DNA of 64,000 bases from Armatimonadetes bacterium UBA1398 (GTDB lineage: Bacteria; Armatimonadota; Zipacnadia; UBA1398): positions 16,794 through 80,793 of the forward strand of contig DBQI01000065.1 in assembly GCA_002305165.1 (NCBI GenBank), written 5' to 3'. The notes beneath the pieces were generated by a model. The model made no database searches. It saw only the letters and a program-made list of their open reading frames with translations, and was not told the origin of the DNA. Every line of letters starts with the position of its first letter. The first letter of the stretch is position 1. A program made the translations under genes and the position numbers. This document shows positions 1 through 9,297 of this stretch, one piece after another.

Positions 1-1693
1 GCACCACGCGACCAAGCCCCAGGGGCCGTTCCGCTATGGCCACCGCACCTGCCCTGCCCCGCAGCAGCGGGCGCCACGGCCGTCCGGGGAAACCGGACCA
101 GACGGGCGCCGGGCAGTTCGTCGGCACAGCCTGCGGGTGCTCAGTCAGGAGCCCTCGCATCGACCCGACGGGTGTCAGCGGCCCGCTGTCAAGCCGCGTG
201 TCGGGGAGCGCCGCCTCAGCCTCGCGGCGGACCCTGCTGGCGCCCCTTGGGGGCTCCAATGTCCAAGCCAGGGAGTCTCGACCGAAGGCCACGAGGGTAC
301 CTCCATCGGCAACCCACGCCAGCAACTCGTCGCGGGCTGCCGCAGTGAGGAGGGTCGGTCCTGTGCTCGGGAGGACAGCCAGACGACGTCCACGCAGCGC
401 CCCTGCCTCGACCAAGGCCTCGGAGAGAACATCAGGCAGCCCCAGGAATCGCGCCCAGTTGTACCCCCACGCATCCCTTGCGCCGCAGTTGGCTAAGGCC
501 GGGTCGTATACATGGGAGACATCGCGGTTGCGATAGCTCGGTGGACGGACCCAAGCCGTAGCCACGGAGTGGAGCATCACGACGGGGCTCGGGGGCGGTA
601 GCGCTGCCTCCTGAGCGTAACGCGCCACCTCCGCGAGCGCTCGGACTGTCTCAGTGGGCCGCGAACCAATGACCTCGGCGCTCGTCAGGTGTCCCAGATG
701 CGCGAAGTTCAGCTCTGGTGTCCCCGACAGCAGGAGATTCAGGCAGATGCGCGCCAGTTCATCGCGAGTGAACCGGTTGCCATCGTTCTCCGTGCAGACG
801 CCGGCGGCGCCGATCTGCCTTGCCGTGGCATGGGCGAGTCGCAGATCCGAGAGGCTGTGGGCGTTCGTTAGGTGCAGCACCACCCGATCAGGCTCGGTGA
901 TCGACAGGAAACACCGCGCCGAGTCCGTCCCTTGATAGGCACAACAGTCACCTACCGAGTACTTCACACCCACCTGAAACTGAGACGACGCCGTGATGCG
1001 ATCAACCTCGCCCGCCACCATCGCGGCAAGGTAGTCGGTCCTCCACTCCATGAGGTCCAGCCACGCCGTATCGACCCGAAGTGACACGAGGCCGTCCGCG
1101 GGCGTGGGGACGAAGTGGGCGCCCAAGCCCTGAACCTCGGCGTGGCTGACGCCATAGTGCGCGGACAGCCACTCGCCGAACCGCTCTCTGGCCAGAGGGT
1201 CATAGCAGAGCAGCTCTGGCGAGGACCAATCGGGGCCCATGTAGTACTCCACCTCGCCGAAGTACGAGGGCGGCGCGACATAGACGCGACCGATCCGCTC
1301 ATCTGACCCGTACCGCGCGCAGAACTCACTATGCAGCCGCGCCCACTCCGCCCTGAAGGCCGGATCGAAGGGGTTCTGGCGGTCCGCTCGGGAGGTCCCA
1401 TCGGGCCCCACAACGGGCTGCCACGGTATGGAGCGCATGTGCGGGGTGAGGGTCACCGCGACGCGGATTCCCCGCTCGGCGTACTCCACCAGGAGCGCCT
1501 CGAACGCCCCGAAGTCGAAGGGGTGAGCAGGCGACGAGGCTTCGGGGTACAGCAGGACCTCCGGCGTTGCAGCGAGATCACGCAGGATCGCCCACTGCGT
1601 CTCATCGAGGTCTTGGGGCGGTTCCACGACGATCACCCCGACCCCAGGCTCCGAGGTCCCGAAGAGCGTCAGTGCGATGAGCAGTTGAGCCAC
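1..1693 (-). CDS. GH42-like glycoside hydrolase (TIM barrel plus trimerisation/GATase1-like domain), partial: 3' end beyond window start
   Basis: Hand translation gives an open minus-strand frame from GTG at 1693 (GAGGGGA 7 nt upstream) to the window edge; absent from ORF track because there is no stop in window. Hydrophobic N-terminus AQLLIALTLFG; segment RRLAVLPSTGPTLLTAAARDELLAWVADGGTLVAF resembles the GH42 middle domain. Confidence 0.55.
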   Translation of the reverse strand, partial: MAQLLIALTLFGTSEPGVGVIVVEPPQDLDETQWAILRDLAATPEVLLYPEASSPAHPFDFGAFEALLVEYAERGIRVAVTLTPHMRSIPWQPVVGPDGTSRADRQNPFDPAFRAEWARLHSEFCARYGSDERIGRVYVAPPSYFGEVEYYMGPDWSSPELLCYDPLARERFGEWLSAHYGVSHAEVQGLGAHFVPTPADGLVSLRVDTAWLDLMEWRTDYLAAMVAGEVDRITASSQFQVGVKYSVGDCCAYQGTDSARCFLSITEPDRVVLHLTNAHSLSDLRLAHATARQIGAAGVCTENDGNRFTRDELARICLNLLLSGTPELNFAHLGHLTSAEVIGSRPTETVRALAEVARYAQEAALPPPSPVVMLHSVATAWVRPPSYRNRDVSHVYDPALANCGARDAWGYNWARFLGLPDVLSEALVEAGALRGRRLAVLPSTGPTLLTAAARDELLAWVADGGTLVAFGRDSLAWTLEPPRGASRVRREAEAALPDTRLDSGPLTPVGSMRGLLTEHPQAVPTNCPAPVWSGFPGRPWRPLLRGRAGAVAIAERPLGLGRVV

Positions 1694-1787
1694 GGCGAGA
1701 TCCCCTCAGGTGTTCCTCGCAGAGTAGTTCATGCAGGTGAAGCGCGTACACCTCCGGGAACTGTCCGTTCGCTGAGGAGGTCTCCCC

Positions 1788-2861
1788 GTGCGCAACGCCA
1801 TTCCCTGGCTGGCCGCTCTGGCCGCCATTGCTCTGCTGTTGATCGGCTGGCAACCCCGCCAGGGCCTGTCAGGCCTTCAGACGGTCCGCACGGCGTCGGA
1901 GCTCGTGGAGGCGGTGTCCGAGTGTTCTGGGCGGACCATCCTGCTGGAGCCGGGGGCGTACGTCTTGGAAGACACCCTCGATCTCAGCGGCATGAGTCAC
2001 GTGAACCTGGTGGGTTCCGGCTGGAACACCACGATCCACAAGACCGGTCCCGGTCCCGCGCTGCTGCTCGATAGCTGCCACTTCACCGTTATCAAGGACC
2101 TCATGGTCACGGGTTCCGACGGGGCGGAGGATGGCGTTGTCTATCGCGGCACGAGTAGCTCCAACATCCTCGAGCACTGCCGCCTATCCGGCTTCGCCCG
2201 CAGTGGGGTGCGCTATGAGGGCAAATCCGAGCAGCCCATGTCGTCGAACACACTCAAGGACTCCCACTTCATCGACAACCTGGGGGTTCAGCTACACTCC
2301 ATCTGGAACAACGACTTCCTCATCGTGGGCAACCAGTTCGGGCGCTGGGAGGAGGCGCCCCAGGTCGGATGCTGGCTCGAACACTCGTCGGCTGGGAGTT
2401 ACACGCTCAACTATCACTGGGACAACGACATCGCCTTCCGGCTCGGCCCCGGTTCAGACTACAACCGCATTGAGAACAACCGGTTCGAGGAGAGCCGTAC
2501 CCACGGCATCCTCATCGGCGACCCCGTCGAGCCGAACCAGTGGAACCGGTTCAACACCATCACGGGCAACACGATTCACACGAACTCCAAGACGAACTGG
2601 CGCGAGTATGCCGCCGTGATCGCCTATGACGCCCACGACACGATCTTCAACTCCAACCAGGTCTTCAGTTGGTACCCGCCGGATACCCAGCATAGCGAGG
2701 GGTTGGTTCTGGAGCGCGGCAGCTTCGACTGGCTCGTGACCGGAAACATCCTCCGGCACCAGAGCGGGCTGGCGATCCGCGCGCAGTCCGATCACGGCCA
2801 TCTGATCAAGGACAACCTCGTCGACACGGAGCCATGGGGTGAGGATGACGCCGATCGGTAA
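1788..2861 (+). CDS. secreted right-handed parallel beta-helix repeat protein (pectate-lyase-like fold)
   Basis: GTG start with GAGGAGG 6 nt upstream; signal-peptide-like N-terminus; recurring beta-helix motifs IVGNQFG, ITGNTIHTN, VTGNILRHQ. Confidence 0.6.
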   Translation: MRNAIPWLAALAAIALLLIGWQPRQGLSGLQTVRTASELVEAVSECSGRTILLEPGAYVLEDTLDLSGMSHVNLVGSGWNTTIHKTGPGPALLLDSCHFTVIKDLMVTGSDGAEDGVVYRGTSSSNILEHCRLSGFARSGVRYEGKSEQPMSSNTLKDSHFIDNLGVQLHSIWNNDFLIVGNQFGRWEEAPQVGCWLEHSSAGSYTLNYHWDNDIAFRLGPGSDYNRIENNRFEESRTHGILIGDPVEPNQWNRFNTITGNTIHTNSKTNWREYAAVIAYDAHDTIFNSNQVFSWYPPDTQHSEGLVLERGSFDWLVTGNILRHQSGLAIRAQSDHGHLIKDNLVDTEPWGEDDADR

Positions 2862-2864
2862 CCC

Positions 2865-3917
2865 TCAACCCCGCGCGGCCTCTTCGATCGCCTCAAAGAA
2901 GGCCACGATGTTGGGCCAGGGCACATCGGGCTCGACCACGTGTGTCGGCGCGAGGAATAACCCGCCCGAGGCGCCGACCTCGTCGATGAGCCGGTGAACG
3001 GCTCGCTTCACTTCGTTTGGGGAGCCGAAGGGGAGGGTGCTCTGGGTTCCTACGCAGCCCCAGAAGGCGAGGGAGTCGCCATACTCCGCCCGCAGTTCGA
3101 AGGGATCCATGCACTCCGGCTGCACCGGGTTGAGCACATCGATCCCCGCCTCCATCAAGCCTGGGATGATGGCTCTCACATCGCCATCGGTGTGGTACCA
3201 GATGTGGATATCCGGGTTCACCGCCCTCGCGGCATCAGCCGCGCGCTTGAGCCGCGGGAAGAGCCACTCACGCCACATCGAGGGGCTCATCATGAGGCGA
3301 TCCTGCATCCCCACATCGTCACCCAGCTGGAGCACATCGGCGCCCGCGCGGGCGATGCCCTCGGCACAGCGCACCACCTGCTCGGTGATACGGTCCAGCA
3401 GGAAGGCGGCCATCTCCTCGCGCTCGATGAAGTCCAGCATCAGCTCCTTCATCCCGCGGACCTGCCACGCAACCTCCCAGATGTGGCCGGCGAACCCGCC
3501 CACGGCGAAGCCCGCCTCATGGTGGGCGCGAGCGACCTCCCCGGCCGCGTCCGGCACGGTGTAGCTAGGCCACGGGTACTCCTCATACTGACCCAGCGAG
3601 TTGAATCGCTGAGCCGGAAAGCGGAGGCCCCAGAAGTGGTAGAAGTTCGCGGGTACGCGCGCCGTGCCATAGTCATCGATGGTGGTGCCCTCGGGGAGGT
3701 CCTGATCGGCATAGTAGCGGCTGAAGTCCGCTGTCTCGCTCGTTCGCTCGGGCCCGATGTGGCGCATCTCCATGCCGAAGTAGGTGGCGGGATCGCTGCT
3801 GCCGGTCTCCCGCCGGAACCGCTCGAACGCAGCCGGCGTGAAGCCCATCTCCTTCGGGAAGGCTCCTGGGTGCTGGTGGCGCAGGGTCATCAGTACGCGC
3901 TCGCGCGGCGTGGGCAT
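2865..3917 (-). CDS. uroporphyrinogen decarboxylase (URO-D) family protein, MtaA/CmuA-like rather than canonical HemE
   Basis: 354-aa track ORF; start moved to first ATG (M5). URO-D-like TIM-barrel length and composition; lacks the HemE N-terminal MRQAGR-type motif. Confidence 0.5.
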   Translation of the reverse strand: MPTPRERVLMTLRHQHPGAFPKEMGFTPAAFERFRRETGSSDPATYFGMEMRHIGPERTSETADFSRYYADQDLPEGTTIDDYGTARVPANFYHFWGLRFPAQRFNSLGQYEEYPWPSYTVPDAAGEVARAHHEAGFAVGGFAGHIWEVAWQVRGMKELMLDFIEREEMAAFLLDRITEQVVRCAEGIARAGADVLQLGDDVGMQDRLMMSPSMWREWLFPRLKRAADAARAVNPDIHIWYHTDGDVRAIIPGLMEAGIDVLNPVQPECMDPFELRAEYGDSLAFWGCVGTQSTLPFGSPNEVKRAVHRLIDEVGASGGLFLAPTHVVEPDVPWPNIVAFFEAIEEAARG

Positions 3918-3939
3918 GCTCGGCGGCACTCCTCGATAG

Positions 3940-4530
3940 CTAAGGGGCGACTTGCAGGGCGGCCAGCACCTGCTTGAACTCGGGCTGAAGGTGTTCCCAT
4001 TGGCTGATGAGCGACTGGAATGTGACGATGACGACTTGTCCGCTCGACCTCAGGAAGTAGAGTTGCATGACCTGCAGCTTCTGCTGGTCGCGTTCGTACT
4101 GGAAGACGATCTTCGCCACCGGCGGCGTCTGAGTGGTCATGATCTGCTCTGCTATGATCACCATGCTTGGGTTGGCCTGCACCAAGCTGTTGCGCTCGGC
4201 CGTGGCGTAGGCTTCGAGCGTAGGCTGCGAGGACTCGTGGAGGGTTACCGTGACGCTGGGCCGGAATGGCTCAGTGTGGTTGGTCCTCACATACTGGTAC
4301 GCCACCCCGGCCCTGGGGTTCGGGACGAGCTGCCAGCCGGCCACCTCGCGCACGCTCACCTGCGGCGCAGTCGGGTCCACTGCGGGTGCGGCAGGCTGTG
4401 GCGATACCACCTGTGGAGGCGTCGCGGGCACGGCCTCGGGCTCGGGCCGGTCCCTGCCACAGCCCGACATGAGGGCCGGGACGGAGAGCGCTAGCCAGAT
4501 TGTCAGCCTGCATCGCGTCATGCGAATCAT
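3940..4530 (-). CDS. hypothetical lipoprotein
   Basis: Track ORF 3940..4725 trimmed to internal ATG giving MIRMTRCRLTIWLALSVPALMSGC (signal peptide plus lipobox-like MSGC); Pro-rich linker then globular domain. Confidence 0.45.
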   Translation of the reverse strand: MIRMTRCRLTIWLALSVPALMSGCGRDRPEPEAVPATPPQVVSPQPAAPAVDPTAPQVSVREVAGWQLVPNPRAGVAYQYVRTNHTEPFRPSVTVTLHESSQPTLEAYATAERNSLVQANPSMVIIAEQIMTTQTPPVAKIVFQYERDQQKLQVMQLYFLRSSGQVVIVTFQSLISQWEHLQPEFKQVLAALQVAP

Positions 4531-4743
4531 CGAGTCGCCGCTTTCCCTCTTGTGTCGCCGTGGCACGCAACTGGATTCAATCTCGGGCGCTCGCTCCCTT
4601 CTGCGGGACCGGATTCGGCACGACGGCGATGGCGCCGCGGCAATCGCGCGAGTGGCCTTGGAAGGGAAAACGCATGGGTTAGGCATAGATGAAGGATGTT
4701 GGTCATTGCCAGGAGATGCGCTCACCGTCCCGGGGGCAACCCG

Positions 4744-4774
4744 TTGACAGGCGAGCCGAACGGCGTGTTATGTT
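4744..4774 (+). promoter_or_regulatory. candidate sigma70-like promoter (TTGACA, 18-19 nt spacer, TTATGT/TATGTT) upstream of FHA operon
   Basis: Perfect TTGACA at 4744..4749 and AT-rich hexamer about 18 nt downstream, in the 304-bp divergent intergenic region before the GTG at 4835. Confidence 0.3.
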
Positions 4775-4834
4775 AGGCATCTCCAAGAGGAGTGCGGGGG
4801 TCTCCCGCGGCGGTGTGATAGGGAGCTAGGGTTC

Positions 4835-6043
4835 GTGCGTCGTTCTCTTCCCAACCTGGTTCGTGTGTTCGGGATTGTCTGGTGCGGTCTCACTCTTCTC
4901 TGCCATTCCGCATCGGCTGCGCCCGAGCCCGAGAAGCAGGATGTCACCCTCAACGAGGTCATCGCCAGCCCCTCCCACTACCGGGACGCCGATATGTCGC
5001 TTGAGGGACTGGTGGGCGATGCACGGCTTGCCCGGGGTCCCGAAGGTCGCACGTGTTCCTTCGCCCTGGTCAGTCCTAACAGCAATATGGGCCTCGCCAT
5101 ACTAGGCGCTGACGCGCCGGAAACAGGCCTGTACGTGCGTGTGGAGGGTCCTCTGCGGCTCGATCCGCGGCTGAACACCCCGTACATCGAGTCACCCCGG
5201 GTAACTGTCCTCCACGAGCTGCCCCTGTGGCTGCGTCCCGCTGACCATCAGAGCCTTGCCGCCCTCGGCGCCATCCTGTGCGCCATGGCCGCATGCCTTC
5301 TCCTCGTCAGCATCCGCCGACCCTCCAGCGTGGCGCCGTCTCCAGAGCGCTTCAGTGCTCTGATCTCGACCGCCGTCTTGCCTCCGCGCGCTGAGACCCC
5401 GGCCCCGGCGACCGTCGCCGAGTACGTCGCGCCCGCCCCGGACACCTCGATCGGTGACGAGGGTTGCGAGCCGGGAGCATCTGACGACGATACGCCACTA
5501 ACGGGGGAGACCGTGTCCTTGGATCCGGAAGCTCTGGTGGCCGGGTCCGAGGGGCCGGCTCCATCCGGTCCTGCGGAGGGCGTGCCGGCCCGGGAAACCT
5601 CGACCGGTGACGAGAGTCCTGAGCCGACAGCATCGAGCGATGCGGCGCCCACGGCGGAGGCCGAGTCCGAAGAGCCCCCGACTGTGCCCGATGGGGACGC
5701 GTCCGTACCCATCGTCGGTATGGTACTGGAGGTCGTCGCGGGACCCGACCGGGGCAGGGTTTTCGAGGCGCGTGGCCCTAGAGTCACGATCGGCCGTTCG
5801 GAGGATCGCGACGTGCCCTTGACCGACGAGTTGGTCGCGCGCCATCAGGCGACCCTTACGCGCTCCAATGGGGTGGTGCTGCTCAGCTCTGAGGTTCCGG
5901 GCGCCGTAGTGTGTCTCAACTCCCGCCCGGTGCGCCAAGCGGAGATCGCGGCCCATGATGTCATTCGCATGGGATGCTCCGAGCTGCGCCTGATCGCCTC
6001 GCCATCAGCAGCGGAGCTAGGCCCTTCGGTACCCGCGCAATGA
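4835..6043 (+). CDS. membrane-anchored FHA domain protein (signal peptide, periplasmic domain, TM helix, acidic/Pro-rich linker, C-terminal FHA)
   Basis: C-terminal FHA signature RVTIGRSEDRDVPLTDELVARHQATL...NSRPV; internal hydrophobic helix LAALGAILCAMAACLLLVSI; stop overlaps next start (ATGA). Confidence 0.65.
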   Translation: MRRSLPNLVRVFGIVWCGLTLLCHSASAAPEPEKQDVTLNEVIASPSHYRDADMSLEGLVGDARLARGPEGRTCSFALVSPNSNMGLAILGADAPETGLYVRVEGPLRLDPRLNTPYIESPRVTVLHELPLWLRPADHQSLAALGAILCAMAACLLLVSIRRPSSVAPSPERFSALISTAVLPPRAETPAPATVAEYVAPAPDTSIGDEGCEPGASDDDTPLTGETVSLDPEALVAGSEGPAPSGPAEGVPARETSTGDESPEPTASSDAAPTAEAESEEPPTVPDGDASVPIVGMVLEVVAGPDRGRVFEARGPRVTIGRSEDRDVPLTDELVARHQATLTRSNGVVLLSSEVPGAVVCLNSRPVRQAEIAAHDVIRMGCSELRLIASPSAAELGPSVPAQ

Positions 6044-7275
6044 GCGATGACGTCCAGACCACTCCCGCCGAGGTCCCTGCCCTACCTGCCACACGCCCGG
6101 TGCGCGTTGGGTGCGCGGCGGCGCAGCCGGATGGGCTTGACCCCTGCCAAGCCGCCGTCGTCTGCGAGTGTCCCGCCGGAGGCGAGGTCCACTACGCCGC
6201 TGCGGCCTGCGTCATCGATGGCTCCCTCTCCCAGTCCAGAGGTGACATCGCGGCCTCCCTAGTTGCAGACCAGCTTGAGTCGGCACTCCAGTCTGGGCGA
6301 GCCCCCACCATTGGGGCGGGATTGGTGATGGCTCTGCACGATGCCGCAGAGGCCTTGAAGCGCCGCGCTAAGCTGCCTCACGACCCCGCGGACCTGAAGT
6401 GCAGTGCTGGTGTCGCGGTGCTGGATGACGGCAACTGGACCTTCGTTGAGGTCGGCGGCGCCCATGTGTTCCTGGAGCGAGGCCGGGCCGTCGGTCCGGT
6501 CTTCCGACAGGGACAGGCTGCCGATCCTCCTCTAGGCGATGAGGACTCCGCGCCCAGAGTCACGACGGCACGCGCTCTCCCGGGTGATCAGGCGCTGCTG
6601 CTGGGTGGCTACACCGCGGGCAGTCTCGACCTCGCCCGAGCTGCCCAGTCTCTCCGAGCTGCGCCCGATCTTGGGGAGGGCTGCAAGGCACTCGCCCGGG
6701 AGGCCCTCTCGACCCACCACACACCCCAGGCTCTGGCGTCCATCGTCCTGGATCGTCGGCCGCGTCGAGCACGATCTGTCGTGTTCCCCCTGCTATTCTC
6801 ACTCGCTTTCGTGGTGGCGGCCCTCGGGTTCGCCTTCCTTGCCTGGACGGGAGGACCGACGAGACCGATCATCCCGCCCGAGGCGCGAAGTGCGAACCTG
6901 CTGCCCATCGCTGAGGAACCCCAAGGCGCCGGCGTCGATGTCGGCGGGGCTCCCGGCCTGGTGGATATCGATCTCCCCGACGTCGAGGCCGTGCCGCGCG
7001 ATTCAGGCCGCGTCAAGGTGATCGGCGAGCCCGGACTCTGTTTCGAGGTCCTCGACCTGGCAACGGGCGAGTCCGTGTTGGAGGGCGAGATCCGCGAGGG
7101 ACAGGACTCCTACATCAGCCAGGGCATTCCCGCTCCAGGTCAATACTCTGTGACGGTATGGGAGTCGGCAGAGAAGAAGGAGGCCCGCATGGAGGGGCTC
7201 GAGTTCCATCTGGAACGGGACGCAATCAGGATTGTCGATTCCCGCAGAGGACACGAGCACGAGCCAGCGCGATAG
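6040..7275 (+). CDS. PP2C-like (possibly degenerate) membrane protein with extracytoplasmic C-terminal domain
   Basis: Start set at ATG 6040 overlapping the FHA stop. N-terminal region shows PP2C-like blocks (HYAAAACVIDGSLSQSRGD, AGVAVLDDGNWTFVEVGGAHVF, GDQALLLGGYTAG); TM helix VVFPLLFSLAFVVAALGFAFLAW. Confidence 0.5.
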   Translation: MSDDVQTTPAEVPALPATRPVRVGCAAAQPDGLDPCQAAVVCECPAGGEVHYAAAACVIDGSLSQSRGDIAASLVADQLESALQSGRAPTIGAGLVMALHDAAEALKRRAKLPHDPADLKCSAGVAVLDDGNWTFVEVGGAHVFLERGRAVGPVFRQGQAADPPLGDEDSAPRVTTARALPGDQALLLGGYTAGSLDLARAAQSLRAAPDLGEGCKALAREALSTHHTPQALASIVLDRRPRRARSVVFPLLFSLAFVVAALGFAFLAWTGGPTRPIIPPEARSANLLPIAEEPQGAGVDVGGAPGLVDIDLPDVEAVPRDSGRVKVIGEPGLCFEVLDLATGESVLEGEIREGQDSYISQGIPAPGQYSVTVWESAEKKEARMEGLEFHLERDAIRIVDSRRGHEHEPAR

Positions 7276-7355
7276 CAGGTCATCGCCTCGCCATAGGGAA
7301 CTGCGGGACGGCTCGGGCGCACCTTCACGCACCATGGAGAGGACTCCCGGAACCA

Positions 7356-7613
7356 ATGGAAGACACCCCTGAACTGAGGAGCCAGCTACGCGAGCTTGTC
7401 GTAGAGCGCCTCGCACTTGATGTTGACCCAACCGAACTCGACGACTCCGCCAACCTCATGGATGTCTACGGAGCCGACTCGGTAGGCCTCTTCTGGATCG
7501 TTGTGGGGCTGGATGAGGATCTCGGCGTGCAGGTCGGCGAGGACGAGTTCGATCTGGAGCGGTTCAGCAGCATCGAGAACCTAGCGAAGTTCCTCTCCGA
7601 GCGCGAGGCATAG
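7356..7613 (+). CDS. acyl carrier protein-like (phosphopantetheine-binding)
   Basis: 85-aa acidic protein from internal ATG of track ORF 7158..7613, GGAGAGG about 15 nt upstream; GADSVGL resembles the ACP DSL phosphopantetheine attachment motif. Confidence 0.6.
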   Translation: MEDTPELRSQLRELVVERLALDVDPTELDDSANLMDVYGADSVGLFWIVVGLDEDLGVQVGEDEFDLERFSSIENLAKFLSEREA

Positions 7614-7639
7614 CCCTCGCACCCACGGGGCGACCTGCC

Positions 7640-8452
7640 ATGGAGAGCTACCAGTTCATCCCTTCGGGCAGCGAGGAGATCCTCACGGCCTACCATGCCG
7701 CCGTCGACGGATCGCCGCCCGTCCGCTGCGCCGTTCTGGTGGCTCCTCTCCACGAGGAGAAGAAGGCCGCCCACCGTCCCCTGGTGGACCTGGCCCGCGC
7801 GCTCGCGAACAGAGGTTGCGCCTGCCTGCGGTTCGATCCACGGGGCACGGGCGACAGCCCCGGCGTGGCGGATGACCTCTGCTTCAGCACGCTCCGACAG
7901 GATCTGACGGTCGCCATCGACCAAGCCCGCACCCTCTCCGGTCTGGAGAAGGTCAGCCTTCTGGGGGTTAGGCTGGGCGCCGATCTCGTGGCACTCGAAG
8001 GGCTCGCGGGCACTGAGGTGGATCACACCCTACTGTGCGTGCCTCTCATCAGCGGCGAGCGCTACCTGCGGGAGGTACGGATACGCGGGAGGATTCGAGG
8101 CGCGATGACCACCGCGGAGGGCGGCGAGGAGGCCTCCGGCCGGTCGGCAGGGTTGGACTACGGTGGGCACTATGTCTCCCCCGAGCTGATCGCCGACCTG
8201 GAGGCCCACGATCTGATGGTTGACGAGTCCCCCCTAGCGGCGCGGGTCACCTGCATAGACATCCGAGGCAGGGATAGCATGACGGCCCCCCTGTCGGCCC
8301 TCGTTGCGAGGCTGCAGAGCCGAGGCGCCAGCGTCGATGCGCGGGTGGTGCTGGACGAGCCTTTCTGGAACGCACTGGGGCCCATCGTCCCTCGCGCGTT
8401 CATTCAGGCTGTGGTCGAGATCCTCACCGGTCGAGAGGACGAGGCCCGATGA
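7640..8452 (+). CDS. alpha/beta-fold hydrolase
   Basis: 270 aa; alpha/beta hydrolase-like layout; stop overlaps next start (ATGA at 8449..8452). Confidence 0.55.
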   Translation: MESYQFIPSGSEEILTAYHAAVDGSPPVRCAVLVAPLHEEKKAAHRPLVDLARALANRGCACLRFDPRGTGDSPGVADDLCFSTLRQDLTVAIDQARTLSGLEKVSLLGVRLGADLVALEGLAGTEVDHTLLCVPLISGERYLREVRIRGRIRGAMTTAEGGEEASGRSAGLDYGGHYVSPELIADLEAHDLMVDESPLAARVTCIDIRGRDSMTAPLSALVARLQSRGASVDARVVLDEPFWNALGPIVPRAFIQAVVEILTGREDEAR

Positions 8453-9297
8453 GCCTGTCGGAGCGCTTCATCGAGTTCGTCGGCGAGAGCGGCGGGGTGC
8501 TCCGCGGCATTCTGCACGAGCCTGTCGAGGCGAGGGACCTGCCACCTGTCATCATGTTCTCAGGCTGGGGCGGCACACGGTATGGGCCCAACCGAATACT
8601 GCTCGAGGCGGCGCGGGATCTGGCCACAGATGGTCGCGCGGTTCTCCGGGTCGACTTCCGAGGTCGGGGAGACTCCGACGGATTTGTGGACGAGCATGAC
8701 CTTCGGTCCCACATCATCGACGGCAGGACCATGGTCGCCTGGTCGCGACGGAACCTGGCGGATCGCCCGCCGGTGCTTCTGGGCATCTGCTCGGGGGGCG
8801 AGGTCGCGGTCGGCTGCATCTTCGACGGCTTGGATGTTGACTCAGTCTGCCTCTGGTCGGCGCCCGTCTTCGCGGCCCAGGCCACGACCGAGAGGGTCGC
8901 CACGAAGCGAGCCTCCTACCTCAGGGAGTACGGGCGGAAGCTCTTCCGAGGTGAGACCTGGCGGAAGCTCATCGCTGGCGAGGTGCGGTTCGATATCATC
9001 CGGCGGGTGCTCGGCAAGGCAGGTGTGCACGTGAAGTCCGAGGACGAGCCGGCGGAGTTGTCGGCGCAGTCGGACTTCCCCGCGCGATGCGAGGCCGCGC
9101 TGCTCATCTACGGCACAGCGGACCCGATCGCCGCAGAGGCGATCCAGGCGTACCAGGCTCTCTTCAGCCGCGCAGGATGTTCCACTGAACTCCGCCATAT
9201 CGAGGGTGCCAACCACGGGTTCTATGCCCTCGACTGGAAGCGTGAGGTGATCGAGAGCACCAGGGGCTGGCTGGCCGGTCGGGGTACCGCCTCATGA
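8449..9297 (+). CDS. alpha/beta-fold hydrolase
   Basis: 282 aa; nucleophile-elbow-like GICSGG and C-terminal GANHGF (catalytic His candidate); coupled to flanking genes by ATGA overlaps. Confidence 0.55.
   Translation: MSLSERFIEFVGESGGVLRGILHEPVEARDLPPVIMFSGWGGTRYGPNRILLEAARDLATDGRAVLRVDFRGRGDSDGFVDEHDLRSHIIDGRTMVAWSRRNLADRPPVLLGICSGGEVAVGCIFDGLDVDSVCLWSAPVFAAQATTERVATKRASYLREYGRKLFRGETWRKLIAGEVRFDIIRRVLGKAGVHVKSEDEPAELSAQSDFPARCEAALLIYGTADPIAAEAIQAYQALFSRAGCSTELRHIEGANHGFYALDWKREVIESTRGWLAGRGTAS

Noticed and set aside
964-1413. 149-aa minus-strand track ORF
   Set aside because: Out-of-frame overlap inside the longer edge-truncated GH42-like reading frame 1..1693; Trp/Arg/Ser-rich product.
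2994-3977. 327-aa plus-strand ORF
   Set aside because: Lies entirely within and antisense to the URO-D-like gene; composition dominated by Arg/His/Gly/Leu with no motifs.
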